From Clostridia bacterium (GTDB lineage Bacteria; Bacillota; Clostridia; Christensenellales; Borkfalkiaceae), in the NCBI GenBank assembly GCA_017558105.1, contig JAFYWI010000002.1, positions 2,152 to 66,151 of the forward strand: a DNA stretch of 64,000 nt. Reading direction: 5' to 3'. The notes beneath the pieces are model-generated. The model was not told the DNA's origin. It saw only the letters and a program-made list of their open reading frames with translations, and did not search any database. Below are positions 9,309-17,194 of this stretch, piece after piece. Position 1 is the first letter of the stretch; every line of letters begins with the position of its first letter. A program made the translations under genes and the position numbers.

Positions 9309-9406
9309 AAAAGTTAAATATACTTTTAAGTTTTATTAAATACGGCGTTATTATTGCCATACCAACCATTTTAGGTGCTTTGTTAGGGTTAGCAATAATG
9401 CTATAA
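9309..9406 (+). pseudogene. Orphan remnant of the 3' end of an ArsB-like permease gene (duplicate of ~403-503)
   Basis: A 55-nt block is identical to 423-477 (aagttttattaaatacggcg...ggtgctttg). Small indels upstream break the frame. It ends ...GALLGLAIML* versus ...GALLGLSIVL* in the intact copy. Confidence 0.75.
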
Positions 9407-9422
9407 AATACATTTTAAAAAT

Positions 9423-9457
9423 AAAAACGGACTTTGAATTTTCAAAGTCCGTTTTTG
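9423..9457. terminator. Bidirectional hairpin terminator, near-copy of 539-570
   Basis: acggactttgaa / ttcaaagtccgt stem flanked by A and T runs. It serves the remnant and the convergent yccF. Confidence 0.7.
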
Positions 9458-9475
9458 TATTTATTTAATTAAATT

Positions 9476-9844
9476 TTAATAAACGTCTGCACCAAATGGG
9501 AATAAAGATGCTTTTGCTAACTTAAAGCATTGTTTACCAAATGGAATACCTATTAAGGTTACGCAAAGTATTATGCCCAAAAACGCGTAAGTTAAACCTA
9601 ACGTTAAACCACCGTAAAATAGCCAAATTAAGTTTGCAAATGGGTGTGAACTAAAATCTGTTTCTATTTCTTTACCAAAAGGCATAAGAGTAAAACCTGC
9701 TAACTTAAAACATTCTACGCCAAAAGGTATGCCTATTAAAGTTATGCATAGAAATAAACCAAAAAAGAAAAATTCTATTGCAGTTATAATGCCTACCGTA
9801 CACCACCATAAAAGGTTTCTAAAAAGATTAAAAATTGCCCTCAT
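9476..9844 (-). CDS. yccF: YccF-family inner membrane protein (tandem DUF307)
   Basis: 122 aa with two repeats of the LIGIPFG.(E/Q)CFKLA..L.PFG motif. Confidence 0.8.
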   Translation of the reverse strand: MRAIFNLFRNLLWWCTVGIITAIEFFFFGLFLCITLIGIPFGVECFKLAGFTLMPFGKEIETDFSSHPFANLIWLFYGGLTLGLTYAFLGIILCVTLIGIPFGKQCFKLAKASLFPFGADVY

Positions 9845-9857
9845 AAAAAAATCTCCT

Positions 9858-12764
9858 TTATACTTTTCTTATTAAATCTACAGGTTTTTCTTTTGTAATT
9901 TTAATTATTGGTATTAAACTTGCCATAAAACCTGTTAACAGGCTTGCCAATAATATTATTAAAATTTGCCTTACGCCAAATATTACGAAACTAACGCTTA
10001 AGTACATAATATTCATTATATAATTACTTACTATTATACAAGCAATATAAGAACATATCGTTGCCAGAACTCCGCTTATTAAAGAAATAATAAAACTTTC
10101 TACCATAAACATAACGAATATATTTTTACTACTTGCGCCAAGACCACGTAGCACACCGATTGATTGCTTTTTAGAAATTATACTTGTAGCAACGTAGTTA
10201 AACAACAAGAATACAGAGAATAAAACTACTACTAAAGAAACGTATAAGAATAAGTTTGCAAACTCTTCTATATATTCTTTATTATATTCAATCGTTGATA
10301 AAATGTTATTTTCGTACCAATTTAATTTCATTCCCGTTTGCGTTGACATTGCCTTAGCAAGAGTTTGAGCACCAAAATAGTTGTAACCTAAAGGTGCTAT
10401 CATACGAGAATAAATGCCCTGTTCTTTATTAATTTTTAACAAATTAAAACCAGAATCAGAAAGCAATAGGTTTCCATACGTGCTTAAAGAATTTTCGCTC
10501 GAGTAAATATTCGTATCTGCATTTAAATATATACCTTTAACAATTAAATCTTCTTCTATAATTTTCTTGCCGTTTTCGTAAAAGACTATTCTTATTTCTT
10601 TTAGGTTTTCTTCGTGTGTTCCACGTATTTTATTTATTAAAACAACTAAATCGTTAACGGCAGTTACTTTATCAGAATAATCGTTTGAAGAGCTTTTAAT
10701 TTCGTTAATTAATCTGTTTAACTCGTCGTAATCATCACTTTCGGCAGATACTCTTTCTTCAGAAAACAACCTGTGTAATGCCTTTGCAGAAACCAACACT
10801 TCGTGCGCTTTTAAAGATGGTTCGCCCGTACTGCCATCAAACATTATTATATTATTTGCAGTAAAATCATCTAAATTATAAAACAAATAACTGTGCGCGC
10901 TTTGTACGTTTTTATTTCCAACTTCTACTTCGCCCGTAACGTAGTTAGTTACGTAACTTGTTACTGAATTATTTTTTGTTCTTAGTTGTTCAACGTAACC
11001 ACCCGCAACGAACAATAATTTATTTAGACTTGCGTTTATATAGGTGTTATAATCTTGTGCTAAAGAGTATTCATCGCCACTCATAACAGATTTTAACTTT
11101 TCGTATTTTGGCGAAATTTTGCCACAATCTACAATACCTACAACCTTAAATCTTTTATTTACACCGTTGCTCATAAGACGGTCTATTTCAATAGTTGTGC
11201 CAATTAAATCTTCTGTTTTTTCTATTACTTTTCCGTCGTATTCAATAACTTGTTCTAACGGATTTCTTATACCCAACCAATACACTATACTTTCTGCCAT
11301 ATAACTTGAAATAGCTACTTCTGGAAGAGTTCCTTGCGTCTCTAACTTTGGATATCTACCATAAATTCTATAATTGTAAGAAGAAGTAGATATATATTCA
11401 TCGTTACCTTTTTTAACTATTTCATCTGCAGTAAACTCTATTAAACCATTTACTTGTTGATGATAATAATCTTTACCATACGAATTATTAGCATACCTTG
11501 TAGCAGTTAAACTCCAACCTTTGTTGTAGTTATAGTTTCCTTCAACGGCTGTGATACTAGTTGTATCGTCTATATCGTAAACGCCCTTAAAAGCATAGCC
11601 GGTAGATGCACTAATTCTATCTATATACTCTTGGCTAATTTTTAGGTCTACGTCGTAATAATAATCGTCTTCATAAGAAGCATAAACGGAAACGGCGCCA
11701 TAATCGTTATTGCGCAATAAATGCGACAATGCAGTTACACCATTATATGATGCAACCGAATCGAACAACCCAAACAATGCAAATGCTACTACAGAAAGTA
11801 AAATTGTAAATATTAGCCTTAAAGGTTTAACGAATATTGATTTTGCACCTAAACCTGCACAAGTAGTAAACTTCATTTTACTATTTATAAGTGGCGCAGG
11901 GGTTTCTGGGTGAACGGCTTCTATTTTTCCCGTTTGTTTCTTTTCTCTAACGTTTAGTTCTTCTTTTACAACTATTTTTTTTCTTTCTTTAACTGCTTTT
12001 GCTAGTTTTTTGGTTTCATCTTCGGTTAAAGAACTACCAGATAATACCGTTATTTCGCTTTCTTGTTCGTAAACGTTGCCAACAATTTTTTGCTCGGAAA
12101 CCAACAAGTCTTCTGCAATAACCCCGTCTACAAACCTAATAATTCTGTCTGCATACTTTTCGGCAAATTCCATTTCGTGAGAAACTACTACAACCAACTT
12201 TTCTTTAGAAAGTTCTTTTAGTAGGTCCATAACTTGTTTACCAGAAAGGCTATCTAAAGCGCCGGTAGGTTCATCGGCTAAAATTATTTTAGGGTTTTTA
12301 ATAAGCGCCCTTGCTATTGCTACCCTTTGCTTTTGCCCACCACTCATTTCAGTTGGATTTCTTTTTGCATAACCTTCTATACCAACCCTTTCTAGTAAAG
12401 CATTTAACGTTTCTTCGTTGGTAACATTACCTTGTAATTCGTTAGCCATACCTATGTTCTTTTCTACAAGGTATTCGTTTAATAAATTATATTCTTGAAA
12501 AACGAAACCTACGAAAGTGTTTCTATAACTGTCGTAATCAGAAGGTGAAAAGGAAGAAAATTTTCTTCCGTCTATAATAATTTCGCCACTATCTATATTA
12601 TCTAAGCCACCAACGACGTTCAAAAGGGTGGTTTTACCACTACCACTTTTACCCGTTATAAACACCATACCCATATCTGGAAAAACTATGTTTACGTTGT
12701 TAAGAGCAACTGTGTTTCCTGCCTTAGTGATATAAGTTTTTTTTACGTTAATTAATTCTAACAT
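9858..12764 (-). CDS. Fused ABC transporter ATPase + FtsX/MacB-type permease
   Basis: Walker A GKSGSGKTT, signature MSGGQKQRVAIARAL, Walker B ILADEPT, a large extracytoplasmic region and C-terminal FtsX-like helices. ATG 12764 with GGAG at 12771-12774 is preferred over the TTG at 12776. Confidence 0.85.
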   Translation of the reverse strand: MLELINVKKTYITKAGNTVALNNVNIVFPDMGMVFITGKSGSGKTTLLNVVGGLDNIDSGEIIIDGRKFSSFSPSDYDSYRNTFVGFVFQEYNLLNEYLVEKNIGMANELQGNVTNEETLNALLERVGIEGYAKRNPTEMSGGQKQRVAIARALIKNPKIILADEPTGALDSLSGKQVMDLLKELSKEKLVVVVSHEMEFAEKYADRIIRFVDGVIAEDLLVSEQKIVGNVYEQESEITVLSGSSLTEDETKKLAKAVKERKKIVVKEELNVREKKQTGKIEAVHPETPAPLINSKMKFTTCAGLGAKSIFVKPLRLIFTILLSVVAFALFGLFDSVASYNGVTALSHLLRNNDYGAVSVYASYEDDYYYDVDLKISQEYIDRISASTGYAFKGVYDIDDTTSITAVEGNYNYNKGWSLTATRYANNSYGKDYYHQQVNGLIEFTADEIVKKGNDEYISTSSYNYRIYGRYPKLETQGTLPEVAISSYMAESIVYWLGIRNPLEQVIEYDGKVIEKTEDLIGTTIEIDRLMSNGVNKRFKVVGIVDCGKISPKYEKLKSVMSGDEYSLAQDYNTYINASLNKLLFVAGGYVEQLRTKNNSVTSYVTNYVTGEVEVGNKNVQSAHSYLFYNLDDFTANNIIMFDGSTGEPSLKAHEVLVSAKALHRLFSEERVSAESDDYDELNRLINEIKSSSNDYSDKVTAVNDLVVLINKIRGTHEENLKEIRIVFYENGKKIIEEDLIVKGIYLNADTNIYSSENSLSTYGNLLLSDSGFNLLKINKEQGIYSRMIAPLGYNYFGAQTLAKAMSTQTGMKLNWYENNILSTIEYNKEYIEEFANLFLYVSLVVVLFSVFLLFNYVATSIISKKQSIGVLRGLGASSKNIFVMFMVESFIISLISGVLATICSYIACIIVSNYIMNIMYLSVSFVIFGVRQILIILLASLLTGFMASLIPIIKITKEKPVDLIRKV

Positions 12765-12791
12765 ATAATTCTCCAAAAAATCTCAACTACT

Positions 12792-12820
12792 AATATAACA
12801 AAAAAGTGTGCAAGTGTCAA
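12792..12820 (-). promoter_or_regulatory. Sigma-A promoter of the ABC/yccF unit
   Basis: On the minus strand: TTGACA, 17 nt, TATATT. Confidence 0.5.
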
Positions 12821-12831
12821 TATATGAGCAT

Positions 12832-12857
12832 AAAAAAAGCATAGATAACATCTATGC
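12832..12857 (-). terminator. Rho-independent terminator ending the T-box operon
   Basis: On the minus strand: gcatagat-gtt-atctatgc followed by T7, 17 nt after the ilvE stop. Confidence 0.75.
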
Positions 12858-12873
12858 TTTAATTCGTTTGTTA

Positions 12874-13935
12874 TTATATTTTATAAACCCAACCGAATTG
12901 GTCTTCAACTCTGCCCCATTGAATACCCGTTAAAGTATCGTAAAGGTGTTGAGTTAATTTACCAATTTTGCCGTTGTTAATAACGTATTTTTTGTCTTTA
13001 TAACAAAGTTCGCCAATAGGTGAAACAACTGCAGCCGTTCCACAGCCCCACGCTTCTTCTAACGTGCCTTCTTCTAATGCTTTAGCAAGTTCTTCAATGC
13101 TAATTAACCTTTCGCTTACTTTATAACCTTCTTTTCTTAATAATTCTAAAATAGATTTTCTGGTTATACCAGGCAAAATAGAGCCTGCTAGCATTGGAGT
13201 TACAACTTCGCCGTTTATTTTGAACATAACGTTCATAGCGCCAACTTCTTCAATATATTTTCTATGAACGCCATCTAACCAAAGAACTTGTGAATAGCCT
13301 TTCTTTTCTGCCCTTTCGCCAGCCCTATTGCTTGCTGCGTAGTTACCACCGCATTTTGCTTCGCCCGTGCCACCACGAACAGCCCTTACGTCTTCGTCTT
13401 CTATCATAATTCTAACAGGATTAATGCCTTCTTTATAATAACTGCCAACAGGTGAAGTTATAATTACGAAAGTTGCGTTTTTAACAGAGTGAACACCCAA
13501 AGTTTCGTCGTTACCAAACATAAATGGGCGAATATAAAGTGAAGTGCCGGTTGCAGATGGAACCCAATCTTTTTCAAAATCAATAAATTTAACTAACGCT
13601 TCTAAGAACATATCTTCTGGGATTTGTGGCAAGCACATTCTTTCTGCCGACCTATTCATCCTTCTAATATTTTCCATTGGGCGAAATAGTTGAACGTTGC
13701 CTTCTAACGTTCTATATGCTTTTAAGCCTTCAAAAATTTCTGAACCATAGTGTAAAACGGTTGAAGCTGGGTGCAAAGCAATTTTTTGGAACGGAACTAT
13801 TTTTGCATCGTGCCAACCTTTTTCTGCGTTATATTCCATAATGAACATATGGTCTGTAAATACTTTACCGAAACCTAACGTGCTTGCTTCTGGTAACGTT
13901 CCAGGGCAAGTAGTTTTAGTAATAGAAATTTCCAT
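12874..13935 (-). CDS. ilvE: Branched-chain amino acid aminotransferase
   Basis: 353 aa, class IV aminotransferase pattern (HYGSEIFEGLKAYR, LYIRPFMFG, GGTGEAKCGGNYAAS, GITR). Confidence 0.9.
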   Translation of the reverse strand: MEISITKTTCPGTLPEASTLGFGKVFTDHMFIMEYNAEKGWHDAKIVPFQKIALHPASTVLHYGSEIFEGLKAYRTLEGNVQLFRPMENIRRMNRSAERMCLPQIPEDMFLEALVKFIDFEKDWVPSATGTSLYIRPFMFGNDETLGVHSVKNATFVIITSPVGSYYKEGINPVRIMIEDEDVRAVRGGTGEAKCGGNYAASNRAGERAEKKGYSQVLWLDGVHRKYIEEVGAMNVMFKINGEVVTPMLAGSILPGITRKSILELLRKEGYKVSERLISIEELAKALEEGTLEEAWGCGTAAVVSPIGELCYKDKKYVINNGKIGKLTQHLYDTLTGIQWGRVEDQFGWVYKI

Positions 13936-13937
13936 AA

Positions 13938-14483
13938 TTATTCTCCTTTATAATCTCTGCCTAATTTTAGTGCGTTTAGGTTGATTTCTAACATATCTGC
14001 GTGTTTTGCAGAAATAACTTTCTTTAATGCGTCTATAACGCCTTGTTCGTTAGTAAAGCCGTTTGTTTCTTTTAAAACTTTACCTAATAGAATTACGTTT
14101 GCAAGTTTAGAAATGTTGTTATCTGATGCCATTTTGGTTGCAGGAATATAGTAAGCAGTTACGTCTGTTCTTTTAACTTTTCTGTCTATTAAAGAAGAAT
14201 CAACGAAAATTATGCCACCACTTTTAACTCTTTCTTCATAAAGGTCTAAAGATGGTAAGTTCATAGCAACTAAAACGTCTGGTTTTTCTACTATAGGAGA
14301 GCCTACAGCCGTGTCGCTTATAATAACCGAACAACTTGCCGTGCCACCACGCATTTCTGGGCCGTAAGATGGCAACCAACTAACGTTTTTGCCGTCTGTT
14401 AAGCCTTTGTATGCTAATACTTTACCTGAAAACAATATACCTTGACCGCCAAAACCAGCGAATAAATATTGTGTAGTACTCAT
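13938..14483 (-). CDS. 2-oxoacid:ferredoxin oxidoreductase, gamma subunit
   Basis: 181 aa with FAGFGGQGILFSGKVLA...PSYGPEMRGG, typical of OFOR gamma subunits. Confidence 0.85.
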   Translation of the reverse strand: MSTTQYLFAGFGGQGILFSGKVLAYKGLTDGKNVSWLPSYGPEMRGGTASCSVIISDTAVGSPIVEKPDVLVAMNLPSLDLYEERVKSGGIIFVDSSLIDRKVKRTDVTAYYIPATKMASDNNISKLANVILLGKVLKETNGFTNEQGVIDALKKVISAKHADMLEINLNALKLGRDYKGE

Positions 14484-14496
14484 AATTTTTTTCTCC

Positions 14497-15237
14497 TTAT
14501 TTACTAGACCTATCTTTATAAACGCCTAGTGGATAGTAAGGTATCATTTTTTCTTCTACCCATTTAAGTGCGTTAGATGGTGTTAAGCCCCAGTTTGTTG
14601 GGCAACTTGAAACAACTTCTACTAATGAAAAGCCTTTTTTGTCTACTTGGTTTTGGAAAGCCTTTTTAATTGCTTTTTTAGCATTTTTAACGTTTTTAAC
14701 GTTGTTTACTGCAACCCTTTCTAAATATTCAGGGCCGTCTAACTGAGAAAGCATTTCGCAAACTTTAATTGGGAAACCACATTCGTTTACGTTTCTGCCA
14801 TATGGTGAAGTTTGTGTAATTTGACCAGGTAGAGAAGTTGGTGCCATTTGACCACCCGTCATACCATAAATTGCGTTGTTAATGAAAATAATAGTAATAT
14901 TTTCGTTTCTTGCTGCAGAGTGTACCGTTTCTGCCATACCAATAGACGCCAAGTCGCCGTCTCCTTGGTAAGTAAATACTATATTTTCTGGGTTAGCACG
15001 TTTAACACCCGTTGCAACTGCAGGGGCTCTGCCGTGTGCGGCTTCAACCATATCGCAATTAAAATAGTCGTATGCCATAACTGAACAACCTACCGGTGCA
15101 ATACCAATAGTTTTTCCTTCAATGCCTAATTCATCTATAACTTCTGCTACTAACCTATGTACTATACCGTGAGTACAACCTGGGCAGTAGTGCATTTGAA
15201 CGTCTGCCAATGCTTTTGGTTTATCGAAAACTACCAT
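14497..15237 (-). CDS. 2-oxoacid:ferredoxin oxidoreductase, beta (TPP-binding) subunit
   Basis: 246 aa with CPGCTHG, GDGD...NNAIYGMTGGQ TPP motif. Confidence 0.85.
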   Translation of the reverse strand: MVVFDKPKALADVQMHYCPGCTHGIVHRLVAEVIDELGIEGKTIGIAPVGCSVMAYDYFNCDMVEAAHGRAPAVATGVKRANPENIVFTYQGDGDLASIGMAETVHSAARNENITIIFINNAIYGMTGGQMAPTSLPGQITQTSPYGRNVNECGFPIKVCEMLSQLDGPEYLERVAVNNVKNVKNAKKAIKKAFQNQVDKKGFSLVEVVSSCPTNWGLTPSNALKWVEEKMIPYYPLGVYKDRSSK

Positions 15238-16301
15238 TATTCGTTACCCCCTTCGTTAGCGTTTATAATTGCTTTTAGAACTTGTTCTGGTGAAGGTATC
15301 ATACCACCTGTACGATTACATAAAGTTACAGGTACTTTTCCGTTTACAGAAAGGCGAATATCTTCTATCATTTGCCCCATAGAAAGTTCTACTGATATAA
15401 TTTGTTTAACTTTATTAGAAGCATCTGCAAATGCTTTTTCTGGGAAAGGCCACAAGGTTATTGGGCGAATTAAACCAACCTTTATACCTTGTTTTCTTGC
15501 TTCGTCTATTGCGTTTCTTGCAACTCTTGCAGCAATACCGAATGCTGCAATACAAATTTCGGCATCTTCCATTAGGTATTCTTCATACCTAACTTCGTTT
15601 TGCTTAATAATTTCGTATCTTTCAAAACGTTCTATATTAGTTTTTTCTAATTGGTCTGGCTTTAAGAATAAAGAGTTTACAATATTGTGCTTTCTTCCCA
15701 TTTTAGTGCCAGTAACAGCCCAAGGTTTTTCTACTTCTTCTGCTAATTCAAAATCTAAACTAACAGGTTCCATCATTTGCCCCATAGTTCCGTCTGCTAA
15801 AATCATAGAAGTAACGCGGTACTTATCGGCAAGTTCAAAGCCTTTAACCGTTAGTTCTGCCATTTCTTGAACAGATGCAGGTGCTAAAACTATCATATGA
15901 AAATCGCCGTGTGCGCCACCCTTGGTTGCTTGAAAATAATCGCTTTGAGAAGGTTGAATACCACCAAGCCCTGGGCCACCACGTTGTACGTTTACAATTA
16001 ATGCAGGTAAATCTGCACCAGCCATATAAGAAATACCTTCGCCTTTAAGTGATATTCCTGGGCTAGATGAAGAAGTCATAACCCTTTTACCAGCGGCAGA
16101 TACGCCGTATACCATATTGATTGCGGCAATTTCGCTTTCTGCTTGTAAAAAAGTTCCACCAATCTTTGGCATTCTTTTTGCCATGTATGCTGCTATTTCC
16201 GTTTGTGGAGTTATAGGGTAACCGAAGTAGTGCCTACAACCTGCTTTTATAGCCGCTTCTGCTATTGCTTCGTTTCCTTTCATTAAAACTTTTTCGCTCA
16301 T
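15237..16301 (-). CDS. 2-oxoacid:ferredoxin oxidoreductase, alpha subunit
   Basis: 354 aa with GNEAIAEAAIKAGCRHYFGYPITPQTEI, the typical alpha N-terminus. It overlaps the beta start by 1 nt. Confidence 0.85.
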   Translation of the reverse strand: MSEKVLMKGNEAIAEAAIKAGCRHYFGYPITPQTEIAAYMAKRMPKIGGTFLQAESEIAAINMVYGVSAAGKRVMTSSSSPGISLKGEGISYMAGADLPALIVNVQRGGPGLGGIQPSQSDYFQATKGGAHGDFHMIVLAPASVQEMAELTVKGFELADKYRVTSMILADGTMGQMMEPVSLDFELAEEVEKPWAVTGTKMGRKHNIVNSLFLKPDQLEKTNIERFERYEIIKQNEVRYEEYLMEDAEICIAAFGIAARVARNAIDEARKQGIKVGLIRPITLWPFPEKAFADASNKVKQIISVELSMGQMIEDIRLSVNGKVPVTLCNRTGGMIPSPEQVLKAIINANEGGNE

Positions 16302-16309
16302 AGTAAAAC

Positions 16310-16516
16310 CTACCTTTCTACCTTAATTATGCAGTCTGGACACATAGTAGCGCAAAATGCACAACCTATGCACGCTTCCATTTTTACTGCTTCTACGGGG
16401 TGATGCCCCTTTTTATTTATTTTGTCTGTTGCTAACGCCAATACGCCTTTTGGGCATGCTTCTACGCAAAGCCCACAGCCCTTACACTTATCTACCTGAA
16501 AAGTTAAATTAGCCAT
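16310..16516 (-). CDS. 2-oxoacid:ferredoxin oxidoreductase, delta subunit (2x[4Fe-4S] ferredoxin)
   Basis: 68 aa with CKGCGLCVEACP and CIGCAFCATMCP. Confidence 0.85.
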   Translation of the reverse strand: MANLTFQVDKCKGCGLCVEACPKGVLALATDKINKKGHHPVEAVKMEACIGCAFCATMCPDCIIKVER

Positions 16517-16528
16517 AAATTTTCTCCT

Positions 16529-17191
16529 TTATATTTTCTTTTGCATCACTAACGGATACAAATTACTTACTTTATCTTTTAGTTGTTCAAATAGTTTTTC
16601 ATCTACGGTGTTTAATACCAATGGTAAACCTAATTTTTCCGCTAACTTACTAGCAAAATCTACCGAGTTCAACACGTCTTCTATAGTGGTTTCTTTTCCT
16701 AAATTAGAATTGTTTATTATACCCGTAAACTTAATTTTGCAAGCGTTTTCTATTTCGCTAAAAACTTCTATTGCGCCGTCTATATCGCTAGTGAGTGGCC
16801 TAAATTTATTTATTACGTAAAACATATCGTAATTATTTTCTTGCTTTATTTTAGGTGCAACTCTACCTAGCGCTAAAGCACCACGTTCATCTCCACCCAC
16901 GTCTAATATAGCGCGCATGCTCAAATCGTCGGTTATGCTATAAATTTCTTGTGGCAAAGCCGGAATATCTACGTTAGAGTTTGCGTAAGGAGAACAAATT
17001 AGTTTTATGCCCGCACTCTTTAGCAACTCTTCGCTATCTTTCGTTCTAAAATATGGGTTTACTATGTCGATATCGGCAATAGCAACGTTATTATATAACT
17101 TTTTTAAATCAAAAGCAAGGTTTATAGCAATATTAGTTTTGCCACTTCCGTAATGCCCCGAAACTATTGTTAATCTTTTAAAATCTATCAT
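16529..17191 (-). CDS. MinD/ParA/CooC-like (SIMIBI) P-loop NTPase of unknown role
   Basis: 220 aa with Walker A SGHYGSGKTN and a DVGGD segment, embedded in the operon with gaps of 3 and 12 nt. Confidence 0.6.
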   Translation of the reverse strand: MIDFKRLTIVSGHYGSGKTNIAINLAFDLKKLYNNVAIADIDIVNPYFRTKDSEELLKSAGIKLICSPYANSNVDIPALPQEIYSITDDLSMRAILDVGGDERGALALGRVAPKIKQENNYDMFYVINKFRPLTSDIDGAIEVFSEIENACKIKFTGIINNSNLGKETTIEDVLNSVDFASKLAEKLGLPLVLNTVDEKLFEQLKDKVSNLYPLVMQKKI

Positions 17192-17194
17192 ATT

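Noticed and set aside
403-9457. Calling the repeat-flanked cassette a mobile element
   Set aside because: It has no transposase, integrase, recombinase or terminal inverted repeats. The repeats are gene-end duplications and not target-site duplications. It is reported as a finding only.
13938-16516. Naming the oxidoreductase specifically VOR, KOR or POR
   Set aside because: Subunit sizes and motifs fit several four-subunit OFORs. Only the context (ilvE, T-box) suggests branched-chain substrates, so it is kept as a generic 2-oxoacid:ferredoxin oxidoreductase.
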